In this document: one piece after another, positions 11,867 through 24,999 of the stretch
Numbering within the stretch: position 1 is the stretch's first letter
How the letters are laid out: every line of letters begins with the position of its first letter
DNA from: Botryllus schlosseri
Lineage: Eukaryota
Assembly: GCA_051294905.1 (NCBI GenBank)
Contig: CM119372.1
Coordinates: forward strand, 7,318,001-7,382,000
Direction of reading: 5' to 3'
Length of the DNA stretch: 64,000 nt
The notes under the pieces: generated by a model
The model's input: only the letters and a program-made list of their open reading frames with translations
Databases searched by the model: none
What the model was told of the DNA's origin: nothing
Translations under genes and position numbers: made by a program

Positions 11867-14207
11867 CAGTGGTTCTCAACCGCCGGTCCGCGGACCGGTG
11901 CCGGTCCGTGACGACATTCCTACCGGTCCGCAGGTATGTTACAAATTTATACATTAATTTCAAGATGCGATGTTGAAGGCTTGTCCATTGATAAAATAAA
12001 TATAGCCTAACGTCAAATTTTAAACAGATTAAAAACTTCGTGAGGTAACATTAGGGCTGGAAACATGTTCGATCTGACTTAAAGTTCAGGACGTTTCATT
12101 TGACGTCATGCGAGCAAAAGTACAGAATAGATACGAGCTCACTCATCGCTAGACATCGTAGTTTAATCATTGGTTTTCGATTCATTCATTTTATGCAGGA
12201 CCGTAACTGGGGCACCCCAAACCATCCATTTGAAGAGGTGCCGAGCCTGAAGAGAGCCCAAAATTATTTCGCAAATGAACATGATTCATAGCGTATTTAT
12301 TTGAAACTTTGTCCAACATTTTTTCAATTTCTTTTCGGGCTTTGTACGATTTAGTTTCCCGTGTCCCTACATTTTTTGCTTATTAGGTGCCATTCTCCGA
12401 GAAATACGCATGATTTATAGGTATTTCGGCGTCAGCCATTACCGCGCCACGACGTACCAACACATAATGTAGTTTAGGTTGACATGGGGCTCCTAAAGGT
12501 GGGCCAAAAATTCGACCGCGAGAAAACCGCTTCAGTCGTGAATGATCGAAAATTTTCGCTATTGTCGCGATAAGCTACGTAAACTCTCTGTTTACGCTGG
12601 ATAGAATGGATGTGATCACGCGTACATGTGAAAACATCCAGACGAGTATAAAGTCTGGAGGTGAATCCCCGGATGATTGACTTATCGCCCTGTTGAGGCT
12701 CCTAGATCAACGTTTTTGGGGTAGGCTGACGAAGTGCTTTTCGGCCCGGATTTGCGGATGGCCGGTATAACTGCAGTAATGTGTTTTCTTGCGACGCGCA
12801 TTGTGTTTGTAGTGGTCCTAATAAACTGCGTCTGGTGGCAGTGGGAAATGATCGAGCAAGGTAGCACTACAAGGCAGTGTTGGGATCAAGTCACTACCTT
12901 CAGGTCACGAGTCATTTCGAGTCATTGCACATTTTGACTCGAGTCAAGTCAAGTCAATCGATTTTCAAAGGTGACTCGAGTCAAGTCAAGTCACTCGATT
13001 TTTGGAGGTGACTCGAGTCAAGTCGAGTCAAGTCAAGTCAAATCACAAGTCAAGTCACAATTCAAGTCAAGTTGCCTTTTCGAAGTATGGGGCATGATTA
13101 CGTCACTGCATTTTGCTAGCTGTCTGAAGTACATATTGAGTGGTCATTGATTCTGAACCGCTAAACGAATATAGAGTTGAATATACACGCAGGAAGGCGC
13201 TGTATCGCTCACATATATGTAGAAATGATAAACTACGTAAATAATTACATAGCCTCAGTCGATAGTTACTGGCCAAAATAGAGAATAGAGATTTGATTGA
13301 GAACGAATTGATAAGACGCAATACATTATCCATGATAGAATTCGAGCCTGCGCCAATGGTTGGGGACTATACAAACAAAAACATATTCGATTTCAATAAA
13401 ACATGAGGTTTTTGTTAAGGTGAGAACAGAAATATACATTTTGCCATTCAATTACTTTACTACTAGTTTACGACAACGTGAGCCATCAGCTTCGATCCCT
13501 TCGTTTGCGGTCAATTTATTTGTGAGATAACAATTGAGGCTCAGTAAAATGCCCGATCATTGAATGTGGCCGCAGTCTCATGGGTTACACCAGCGTTTCG
13601 TGAAAATCCAAACATATTACAGATACAGATTTTTATCGACACCGATTACTTGATGACTTGAAATTGACTCGTGAATTTTGCTCCGAGTCTCGAGTCAATC
13701 CACATTTCTGATACGATGAGTCAAGTCAAGTGAAGTCATTTTAGCAAAGTGACTCGAGTCAAGTCAAGTCATACGAAAAAGGTGACTCGAGTCTGACTCG
13801 AGTCATCCCAACACTGCTACAAGGTGCGTGGTTGACTCCGATACACTTCTTCTCTCGATATTGTCAGAGAGAGGAATATTATTGAAGTTGGCGTGGCCGG
13901 TTAAACCCACGGCTTTCGGCATGAAAGACTGTAAACGACCCTCGGCGGTAGCACGTTTAGCTGGACAAGCCAATTTTATCTCGACTCGGCAGACTTACTA
14001 ACTACCATAAGATCACATGAATTTCATCATGAATATAATTAAATACGATCAAAATCCTCTAAATGTCACTCTCTAGCACCATATAATTGCAAAAACGGTT
14101 GCATACTTTACATTTTGGCTTCATCTCAATTTTAAAAGTTCGCCGGTCCGCCAGACATTTTTTGAAATTTTACCGGTCCGCGAAGCGGAAAAGGTTGAGA
14201 ACCACTG
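11867..14207. mobile_element. Non-autonomous hAT (Buster/Charlie-type) element present only in the left palindrome arm
   Basis: TIR CAGTGGTTCTCAACC / GGTTGAGAACCACTG, perfect TSD TTCTAAGG. Single empty site CCTTAGAA at 24939-24946 in the right arm. Homologous to 50382-54092. Confidence 0.95.
12875..13816. mobile_element. hAT MITE with GACTCGAGTC/CAAGT subterminal arrays, nested in 11867-14207
   Basis: TIR CAGTGTTGGGAT / ATCCCAACACTG, perfect TSD CTACAAGG. Empty site at ~53703-53710 in the other host copy. Confidence 0.95.
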
Positions 14208-14373
14208 TTCTAAGGGACTCATGTTTTAAGATAACCTAAACGCAAAGTGCACGAATTTCCATATTGATCAAATACCACAAACTTTGCTTGCTTTCAGAGT
14301 TAGTAACCAAGCGCGTAACAGAATTTACCTAAAAAAGTCAGTACTCCGAAAATTTTGTAAAGTCTAGCTTTTT

Positions 14374-14434
14374 GGCGTTGGACTTAAGTTCCAATGAACA
14401 AGTGTTCACGTAGGTTCGAATCCCACACCCACTA
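14374..14434 (+). pseudogene. tRNA-Leu(TAA)-derived fragment lacking the 5' end
   Basis: GGCGTTGGACTTAAGTTCCAATGAACAAGTGTTCACGTAGGTTCGAATCCCACACCCACTA: anticodon arm, variable arm, B-box GGTTCGAATCC and 3' acceptor strand. Confidence 0.75.
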
Positions 14435-15211
14435 CGTTTTACGAGAATTAATAGTTTTAGATTCAAATTTAGCGTATAGAGTACTTTTTCTGCCGTTTCA
14501 GCGCATTAGAGACGTTTACACTATGGATTTCGCGAGCTTTACTTTAGTTTTATAAATTAACGTAAAACTAGTCATTTCCGAGTAAGTAAAGCGTTCGTAT
14601 TGTAGGTTCAATTCTGCTTAATACTATAATTATCATGGAGTTGAAGCAGTCCAATATCAAAAACACTCGAAAGTATTTGTTGCATATAGCTAAAAACCTA
14701 ATTGAGTACTCTGAAGAAGTACAAGTAGCACAGTTTGTGGTATTCGTATGACATCGAAATTTAGCTAACCAGAACGTATACTTGAATACTCCGAAATGTA
14801 CAAGTACTTTACCTTTACACGACGTTTCTGTAAAATGAATACTAATTTTATTAAAAAATAAAAAAGCACGGAAAATTACACTTTATCCCAAACCACCAGA
14901 ATACTAAAGTAGCTTATCGCGTTTATGTACCTAATACTAAAGTGTTTATGATTTCAGTTCGCTTCAACTTCATGACATTTACAGTATTACACAGAAGTAT
15001 AGACTTAGAATGCTAACTTTCTTCGTTAATAGCTACTTCTAGCTTAACTTAAGGGATTTATCTTAGATCATTGCTTTACTTAATCTCTCCAAAATGTGCA
15101 TTATACACGTACGTCACCATCGAATCCCTCTGGCTATAACTATATGGCAGTATAATTGCGGCAAATACTCGAGAACTAATTTTAAAGTAGCTTTGGTATC
15201 TAAATGAGCTC

Positions 15212-16972
15212 TAGGACATTGTGAATATGCAGCATACAAAATTTAATCACACATTTCATGATGGAACAACTTTAAAACTAACGCAGTCGAATACCGACTT
15301 TTACGCATATCTGTTTTGCCTGAAAATAGCATATACTTATGCATAGTCAATTTTAATAGCAGAATTACCATGCTAAACATTGAATTCCCACCTTGAAAGT
15401 TGGTAGGCGGTTACAGGACATTATACCAATGCACCATACCAAATTCCGTCACACATTTCATGATGGAACAACTTTAAAACTAACGCGGCTCTACGTCGAC
15501 TTTTTGCGTACATCTGTTTTGCGGGAGCGTATAGCACGTACCCATACATAGTCAACTTTACTAACGAAATTACCATGCTTAACATTGAATCCCAACTCGA
15601 AACTTGATACGTAGTTGTAGGACATTATGGCAATGCACCAGGCTAAATTTCATCGCACATCTAATCATGGAACACCTTTAAAATTAACGCGGTGGAATAC
15701 CGACTTTTACGCATATCTGTTTTGCGTGAACATAGCATAGACCTACACATAGTCAATTTTAATAACAGAATTAGCATGCTAAACATTGAATTCCCACCTT
15801 GAAAGTTGGTAGGCGGTTACAGGACATTATACCAATGCACCATACCAAATTCCGTCACACATTTCATGATGGAACAACTTTAAAACTAACGCGGCTCTAC
15901 ATCGACTTTTTGCGTACATCTGTTTTGCGGGAGCGTATAGCACGTACCCATACATAGTCAACTTTACTAGCGAAATTACCATGCTTAACATTGAATCCTA
16001 ACTCGAAACTTGATACGTAGTTGTAGGACATTATGGCAATGCACCAGGCTAAATTTCATCACACATCTAATCATGGAACACCTTTAAAATTAACGCGGTG
16101 GAATACCGACTTTTACGCATATCTGTTTTGCGTGAACATAGCATAGACCTATACATAGTCAATTTTAATAACAGAATTAGCATGCTAAACATTAAATTCT
16201 CATCTTGAACGTTGGTACACAGTTGTAGGATATTATAACAATGCGCCATACCGAATTCCATCACACATTTCAGGATGTAACACCTTCAAAACGAACGCAG
16301 TTCTTTGTAGACTTTTGCGTAAATTTGTTGTTCGGTAGCGTAGCACGTACCTATACATATTAGGCTTTAATAACGGAAGTACCATGCTAATAATCAAATC
16401 CCCACCCTGAAACTTGTCACGCAGTTGTATGACATTGTGAAAATACACCATACCAAATTTCGTCAGACATTTCATGATGTAACACCTTTAAAACCAACGC
16501 AGCTCTATACCGACTTTTGGCCAAATCTGTTTTTCCGTAGCGTAGCACGTACCTATACATAGTCAACTTTAATAACGGGATTACCATGTTAATAATCGAC
16601 TCCCCAACTTGAAACTCGGTACGCAGTTGTAAGACATTATGAAAAGGCACCTTGTAAAATTTTGTTACGCATTTCATGATTGAACAACTTCAAAACTAAC
16701 GCAGTTCTATACCGACTTTTGCGGGAGCGTAGCACGTACCTATGCATAGTCAATTTTAATAACGGAATTACCATGCTAAACATTGAATGCGCAACTTGAA
16801 AATAGGTTCACGGGTGTAGTACATTATGACAATGGAACATATCAAATTTCTTCACACATTTCATGATGGAACACCTTTAAAACTAACGCAGTTCTATACC
16901 AACTTCCACGTGAATCTGGTTGAGGGAGCGTAGCACGTACGTATGCGTAGTCAACTTCAATGACGGAATTAC
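15212..16972. repeat. ~202-204-bp tandem array, ~9 units, with a 406-bp dimeric higher-order repeat (left arm)
   Basis: GGACATT-type unit starts at about 15214, 15416, 15620, 15822, 16026, 16228, 16430, 16632 and 16819. Alternate units in ~15360-16190 are nearly identical. Confidence 0.92.
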
Positions 16973-18249
16973 AGATGTAATTAGGTTTCAACACTTTTAC
17001 AATGATTCGTCTTGCTTCCTATAACGTCCCACTCGAAGCCCTCGTTATTAGGCTGTGATCTCAGCCTGAGCTATGTCTAGAAGCCTACGGGTTTATGCAA
17101 ATTGTTTCGATTTATTCTACCCGTTTCAATTTGAGATAAGGAAGCCCATTTCACTTAATGTATCGATGCCTACGGTAGGCTACTCTACAAAATTTTCTGA
17201 TTAATTCTCCCTATGTTAATTTATCATCAGAAAGATGATTTGACTCCTAAAGTACGAAATATTTGTTCGCTTGAGCTAAGCTGCAGGGCTTGGAGTGGAA
17301 TTTTACGAGGTATGCGGACTCATTTCGAGGGGCTCTATGCCATAGGAGCATACTTCACGCTCCAATTCGATTCCCACACATTACATGTAATTACTAACAG
17401 AACCATTGAGTACCAGCCTTGACATTTTACGTAGTACTAGATGGCATGTATACAATTTCATGGCATCCGACAGTACGACGGAGACTATCAAAATATCAAA
17501 AGAAGCCCTCTATTCTTTTCTGAAATAATCAAGGTTTTATCAGGACTTCCCTTCATATAAACTCCAGCAGAATCACTACTAACCTCTCAAGTTTACTCAA
17601 TTTACTGTAATTTGATACTCAAGTACTAAATCCCTATTTTCCGCAAGTATGATAGAGGCTGTCGCTCGATACTCAACGCTTCGTAATTTTGCTGGAATAC
17701 AAGTACAATTAGGGATTAAAAAGTAATATAGGTGGTTATGTTTGTAGATTTACACTTCTACTTACCGGTTTTTCAGGAGAAACTACCTACTTTTAGGACT
17801 TTATATTTTAAAGTAGTTTGAAGTTACGTTTGTATCACCTTGGCAAGTGCTATCATCAAAAACTGCTTTTGCTAAACTCTTACACTTTCACTAAACTTCT
17901 AGACTGAATCTTGTAAAGTAGATAGAAAAGGAAAACTATTAACATAAGGTAAGTGAGAAGCACGTCAAATTCCGATTGCATACAAATGCCACAAACTGCG
18001 CTAACTTCCAGAGTTGTTAAGTATAGAATTACTCGTACTTCTTGAGAATACCCAAGTAGGTTTTTTGCCTACATGTATCAAATACTCTCAAGTCCTTATG
18101 ATATTGGAGTACATCAACTTCATGATAGCTACAGTATTAAACAGAAATAGACCTAGAGTACTAACGTTTTTGCGCAGTGAGAGTTTGCAAATTCTCGAAG
18201 TATTTTTGTTATTTTATTGCGATAAGTCATTCTGCAGCGCAAAAAGGCG

Positions 18250-19300
18250 TCTTAGGATATAGATGAAACCAACACCACTCATCAAGACCACCGAAAACAG
18301 TACATTTCAACATTTAGTAGCATTAAATTTCTAGTGATGTACAAGAAGTGATGATTTCCGAGTGAGTTAAAAAGTAAGTATTAAAGCTATAGTTTACCTA
18401 AAAACCGAAACTCTGAAATAGAAGCAGATGCAGTGTAAATAGCTAATCACTTGATTAAGTCTAGTGCAAGCAGATAAAACCTATATTTGAGTACTACAAA
18501 ATGCACGAATACTTCGCTATCGACTCCATCCACGTAAAAAGTGGCTACGGTTTAAAACTACTTTTACCGATACTCGACGGTTCAGCTTTAGATAAAATTC
18601 GGAAACCGAGTAATTTCATAAACACAAGCTAATTAAATGAATTTACTCGAATGTAGTATGCCGCGTTGATAAGATTAATTATAATATACTTATCATGTTA
18701 CAGTGATTTTTCTAGCGTAGAAAATCTTTAAAATGTAGTAAGCAGGCCAATATGAAGATATTCGCTGAGCTGAATAAACATTAAAAATACTCTAGACTAC
18801 TTTATCGGTACTTGACAGTTTCAGTTTTAGATAAAAATTTTCCCTTTCACCTATAATTACAACTCTTCGCTATCTAAACATGTTCAGAATATATTATTTG
18901 AGATGATATCAACCCGCAAAGTACTCAAGTAGCTTTTCGTAGGATATAGATGAAACTGACACCACTCAACAAGACCACTTACCCACTGAAAAAAAGTACA
19001 TTTCAACATTTTAGTAGCAGTAAATTCCTACTAAAGTACAAGAAGTGATGATTTCCGAGTGAGTTAAAAAGTAAGTATTGAAGCTATAGTTTGCTCGAAA
19101 ACCGAAAAACTCTGAAATAGAAGTAGATGCAGTGTAAATAGTTAATCGCTTCATTTAGTATAGCGCAAGCAGGCCTAACCTATTCTTGAGTACCCCAAAA
19201 TGTACTAGTACATCGCTATGTAGTCCCTCCACGTAAAAAGTGACTAGGGTTTAGACTACTTTTTCCATACTTGACAGTTTCAGGTTTAGATAAAATTTGG
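18250..19300. repeat. Diverged ~350-bp internal duplication near the palindrome centre (mirrored in the right arm)
   Basis: TAGGATATAGATGAAAC...TTAGATAAAATT occurs at ~18253-18600 and ~18940-19297. Confidence 0.75.
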
Positions 19301-19555
19301 TGAGACTTTAAATTTTAAAGTAGTTTGAGCTTACGTTTATATCACCTTGACAAGTAACATTATCAGACACGAAAATGATATTATCACCTAATGCAAAAGT
19401 TAACACACGTCAGTGTGCTTAGGAAGTCACGAAAAATTGCTTACTAAGAGAAGTATATTCTTGTATACACAACAGTGGAGAGAATCTTTAAAATGTAGTA
19501 GGCAGGCCGATGGGTATTCGTTGCAATGTATAAGCATAAAAAACATTCCCGCGCG

Positions 19556-19598
19556 TCTTAGTAGTAGGTGGTAGGGTAGGAAGTGTTAGGTTTAGGAG
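19556..19598. other. 43-bp G-rich spacer (loop) at the palindrome centre
   Basis: TCTTAGTAGTAGGTGGTAGGGTAGGAAGTGTTAGGTTTAGGAG, flanked by TTCCCGCGCG and CGCGCGGGAA. Confidence 0.95.
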
Positions 19599-22181
19599 CG
19601 CGCGGGAATGTTTTTTATGCTTATACATTGCAACGAATACCCATCGGCCTGCCTACTACATTTTAAAGATTCTCTCCACTGTTGTGTATACAAGAATATA
19701 CTTCTCTTAGTAAGCAATTTTTCGTGACTTCCTAAGCACACTGACGTGTGTTAACTTTTGCATTAGGTGATAATATCATTTTCGTGTCTGATAATGTTAC
19801 TTGTCAAGGTGATATAAACGTAAGCTCAAACTACTTTAAAATTTAAAGTCTCACCAAATTTTATCTAAACCTGAAACTGTCAAGTATGGAAAAAGTAGTC
19901 TAAACCCTAGTCACTTTTTACGTGGAGGGACTACATAGCGATGTACTAGTACATTTTGGGGTACTCAAGAATAGGTTAGGCCTGCTTGCGCTATACTAAA
20001 TGAAGCGATTAACTATTTACACTGCATCTACTTCTATTTCAGAGTTTTTCGGTTTTCGAGCAAACTATAGCTTCAATACTTACTTTTTAACTCACTCGGA
20101 AATCATCACTTCTTGTACTTTAGTAGGAATTTACTGCTACTAAAATGTTGAAATGTACTTTTTTTCAGTGGGTAAGTGGTCTTGTTGAGTGGTGTCAGTT
20201 TCATCTATATCCTACGAAAAGCTACTTGAGTACTTTGCGGGTTGATATCATCTCAAATAATATATTCTGAACATGTTTAGATAGCGAAGAGTTGTAATTA
20301 TAGGTGAAAGGGAAAATTTTTATCTAAAACTGAAACTGTCAAGTACCGATAAAGTAGTCTAGAGTATTTTTAATGTTTATTCAGCTCAGCGAATATCTTC
20401 ATATTGGCCTGCTTACTACATTTTAAAGATTTTCTACGCTAGAAAAATCACTGTAACATGATAAGTATATTATAATTAATCTTATCAACGCGGCATACTA
20501 CATTCGAGTAAATTCATTTAATTAGCTTGTGTTTATGAAATTACTCGGTTTCCGAATTTTATCTAAAGCTGAACCGTCGAGTATCGGTAAAAGTAGTTTT
20601 AAACCGTAGCCACTTTTTACGTGGATGGAGTCGATAGCGAAGTATTCGTGCATTTTGTAGTACTCAAATATAGGTTTTATCTGCTTGCACTAGACTTAAT
20701 CAAGTGATTAGCTATTTACACTGCATCTGCTTCTATTTCAGAGTTTTCGGTTTTTAGGTAAACTATAGCTTTAATACTTACTTTTTAACTCACTCGGAAA
20801 TCATCACTTCTTGTACATCACTAGAAATTTAATGCTACTAAATGTTGAAATGTACTGTTTTCGGTGGTCTTGATGAGTGGTGTTGGTTTCATCTATATCC
20901 TAAGACGCCTTTTTGCGCTGCAGAATGACTTATCGCAATAAAATAACAAAAATACTTCGAGAATTTGCAAACTCTCACTGCGCAAAAACGTTAGTACTCT
21001 AGGTCTATTTCTGTTTAATACTGTAGCTATCATGAAGTTGATGTACTCCAATATCATAAGGACTTGAGAGTATTTGATACATGTAGGCAAAAAACCTACT
21101 TGGGTATTCTCAAGAAGTACGAGTAATTCTATACTTAACAACTCTGGAAGTTAGCGCAGTTTGTGGCATTTGTATGCAATCGGAATTTGCGTGCTTCTCA
21201 CTTACCTTATGTTAATAGTTTTCCTTTTCTATCTACTTTACAAGATTCAGTCTAGAAGTTTAGTGAAAGTGTAAGAGTTTAGCAAAAGCAGTTTTTGATG
21301 ATAGCACTTGCCAAGGTGATACAAACGTAACTTCAAACTACTTTAAAATATAAAGTCCTAAAAGTAGGTAGTTTCTCCTGAAAAACCGGTAAGTAGAAGT
21401 GTAAATCTACAAACATAACCACCTATATTACTTTTTAATCCCTAATTGTACTTGTATTCCAGCAAAATTACGAAGCGTTGAGTATCGAGCGACAGCCTCT
21501 ATCATACTTGCGGAAAATAGGGATTTAGTACTTGAGTATCAAATTACAGTAAATTGAGTAAACTTGAGAGGTTAGTAGTGATTCTGCTGGAGTTTATATG
21601 AAGGGAAGTCCTGATAAAACCTTGATTATTTCAGAAAAGAATAGAGGGCTTCTTTTGATATTTTGATAGTCTCCGTCGTACTGTCGGATGCCATGAAATT
21701 GTATACATGCCATCTAGTACTACGTAAAATGTCAAGGCTGGTACTCAATGGTTCTGTTAGTAATTACATGTAATGTGTGGGAATCGAATTGGAGCGTGAA
21801 GTATGCTCCTATGGCATAGAGCCCCTCGAAATGAGTCCGCATACCTCGTAAAATTCCACTCCAAGCCCTGCAGCTTAGCTCAAGCGAACAAATATTTCGT
21901 ACTTTAGGAGTCAAATCATCTTTCTGATGATAAATTAACATAGGGAGAATTAATCAGAAAATTTTGTAGAGTAGCCTACCGTAGGCATCGATACATTAAG
22001 TGAAATGGGCTTCCTTATCTCAAATTGAAACGGGTAGAATAAATCGAAACAATTTGCATAAACCCGTAGGCTTCTAGACATAGCTCAGGCTGAGATCACA
22101 GCCTAATAACGAGGGCTTCGAGTGGGACGTTATAGGAAGCAAGACGAATCATTGTAAAAGTGTTGAAACCTAATTACATCT

Positions 22182-23942
22182 GTAATTCCGTCATTGAAGT
22201 TGACTACGCATACGTACGTGCTACGCTCCCTCAACCAGATTCACGTGGAAGTTGGTATAGAACTGCGTTAGTTTTAAAGGTGTTCCATCATGAAATGTGT
22301 GAAGAAATTTGATATGTTCCATTGTCATAATGTACTACACCCGTGAACCTATTTTCAAGTTGCGCATTCAATGTTTAGCATGGTAATTCCGTTATTAAAA
22401 TTGACTATGCATAGGTACGTGCTACGCTCCCGCAAAAGTCGGTATAGAACTGCGTTAGTTTTGAAGTTGTTCAATCATGAAATGCGTAACAAAATTTTAC
22501 AAGGTGCCTTTTCATAATGTCTTACAACTGCGTACCGAGTTTCAAGTTGGGGAGTCGATTATTAACATGGTAATCCCGTTATTAAAGTTGACTATGTATA
22601 GGTACGTGCTACGCTACGGAAAAACAGATTTGGCCAAAAGTCGGTATAGAGCTGCGTTGGTTTTAAAGGTGTTACATCATGAAATGTCTGACGAAATTTG
22701 GTATGGTGTATTTTCACAATGTCATACAACTGCGTGACAAGTTTCAGGGTGGGGATTTGATTATTAGCATGGTACTTCCGTTATTAAAGCCTAATATGTA
22801 TAGGTACGTGCTACGCTACCGAACAACAAATTTACGCAAAAGTCTACAAAGAACTGCGTTCGTTTTGAAGGTGTTACATCCTGAAATGTGTGATGGAATT
22901 CGGTATGGCGCATTGTTATAATATCCTACAACTGTGTACCAACGTTCAAGATGAGAATTTAATGTTTAGCATGCTAATTCTGTTATTAAAATTGACTATG
23001 TATAGGTCTATGCTATGTTCACGCAAAACAGATATGCGTAAAAGTCGGTATTCCACCGCGTTAATTTTAAAGGTGTTCCATGATTAGATGTGTGATGAAA
23101 TTTAGCCTGGTGCATTGCCATAATGTCCTACAACTACGTATCAAGTTTCGAGTTAGGATTCAATGTTAAGCATGGTAATTTCGCTAGTAAAGTTGACTAT
23201 GTATGGGTACGTGCTATACGCTCCCGCAAAACAGATGTACGCAAAAAGTCGATGTAGAGCCGCGTTAGTTTTAAAGTTGTTCCATCATGAAATGTGTGAC
23301 GGAATTTGGTATGGTGCATTGGTATAATGTCCTGTAACCGCCTACCAACTTTCAAGGTGGGAATTCAATGTTTAGCATGCTAATTCTGTTATTAAAATTG
23401 ACTATGTGTAGGTCTATGCTATGTTCACGCAAAACAGATATGCGTAAAAGTCGGTATTCCACCGCGTTAATTTTAAAGGTGTTCCATGATTAGATGTGCG
23501 ATGAAATTTAGCCTGGTGCATTGCCATAATGTCCTACAACTACGTATCAAGTTTCGAGTTGGGATTCAATGTTAAGCATGGTAATTTCGTTAGTAAAGTT
23601 GACTATGTATGGGTACGTGCTATACGCTCCCGCAAAACAGATGTACGCAAAAAGTCGACGTAGAGCCGCGTTAGTTTTAAAGTTGTTCCATCATGAAATG
23701 TGTGACGGAATTTGGTATGGTGCATTGGTATAATGTCCTGTAACCGCCTACCAACTTTCAAGGTGGGAATTCAATGTTTAGCATGGTAATTCTGCTATTA
23801 AAATTGACTATGCATAAGTATATGCTATTTTCAGGCAAAACAGATATGCGTAAAAGTCGGTATTCGACTGCGTTAGTTTTAAAGTTGTTCCATCATGAAA
23901 TGTGTGATTAAATTTTGTATGCTGCATATTCACAATGTCCTA
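22182..23942. repeat. ~202-204-bp tandem array (right-arm mirror)
   Basis: Reverse complement of 15212-16972, with identical mirrored ORF translations. Confidence 0.92.
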
Positions 23943-24719
23943 GAGCTCATTTAGATACCAAAGCTACTTTAAAATTAGTTCTCGAGTATTTGCCGCAATT
24001 ATACTGCCATATAGTTATAGCCAGAGGGATTCGATGGTGACGTACGTGTATAATGCACATTTTGGAGAGATTAAGTAAAGCAATGATCTAAGATAAATCC
24101 CTTAAGTTAAGCTAGAAGTAGCTATTAACGAAGAAAGTTAGCATTCTAAGTCTATACTTCTGTGTAATACTGTAAATGTCATGAAGTTGAAGCGAACTGA
24201 AATCATAAACACTTTAGTATTAGGTACATAAACGCGATAAGCTACTTTAGTATTCTGGTGGTTTGGGATAAAGTGTAATTTTCCGTGCTTTTTTATTTTT
24301 TAATAAAATTAGTATTCATTTTACAGAAACGTCGTGTAAAGGTAAAGTACTTGTACATTTCGGAGTATTCAAGTATACGTTCTGGTTAGCTAAATTTCGA
24401 TGTCATACGAATACCACAAACTGTGCTACTTGTACTTCTTCAGAGTACTCAATTAGGTTTTTAGCTATATGCAACAAATACTTTCGAGTGTTTTTGATAT
24501 TGGACTGCTTCAACTCCATGATAATTATAGTATTAAGCAGAATTGAACCTACAATACGAACGCTTTACTTACTCGGAAATGACTAGTTTTACGTTAATTT
24601 ATAAAACTAAAGTAAAGCTCGCGAAATCCATAGTGTAAACGTCTCTAATGCGCTGAAACGGCAGAAAAAGTACTCTATACGCTAAATTTGAATCTAAAAC
24701 TATTAATTCTCGTAAAACG

Positions 24720-24780
24720 TAGTGGGTGTGGGATTCGAACCTACGTGAACACTTGTTCATTGGAACTTAAGTCCAACGCC
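24720..24780 (-). pseudogene. tRNA-Leu(TAA)-derived fragment (mirror of 14374-14434)
   Basis: Reverse complement of the left-arm copy. Confidence 0.75.
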
Positions 24781-24943
24781 AAAAAGCTAGACTTTACAAA
24801 ATTTTCGGAGTACTGACTTTTTTAGGTAAATTCTGTTACGCGCTTGGTTACTAACTCTGAAAGCAAGCAAAGTTTGTGGTATTTGATCAATATGGAAATT
24901 CGTGCACTTTGCGTTTAGGTTATCTTAAAACATGAGTCCCTTA

Positions 24944-24999
24944 GAACACTTGTTCATTGAAACTTAAGTCCAACGCCTTAACCGCTCTCTCAACCCAGT
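24944..24999 (-). pseudogene. tRNA-Leu(TAA)-derived 5' fragment (mirror of 11806-11861)
   Basis: Reverse complement of the left-arm copy. It is also truncated here although no hAT insertion is present. Confidence 0.7.

Noticed and set aside
14374..14434. Functional tRNA-Leu gene
   Set aside because: The 5' acceptor strand and most of the D-arm/A-box are missing, and the other fragment lacks the T-arm.
16067..16677. ORFs in the 202-bp array (and all mirrored ORF pairs) as repeat proteins
   Set aside because: The 202-bp unit is not a multiple of 3, frames shift between units, the ORFs are under 90 aa, and the identical pairs simply reflect the palindrome.
15212..16972. CRISPR-like array
   Set aside because: Whole units are homologous with no unique spacers, and the context is eukaryotic with no cas genes.
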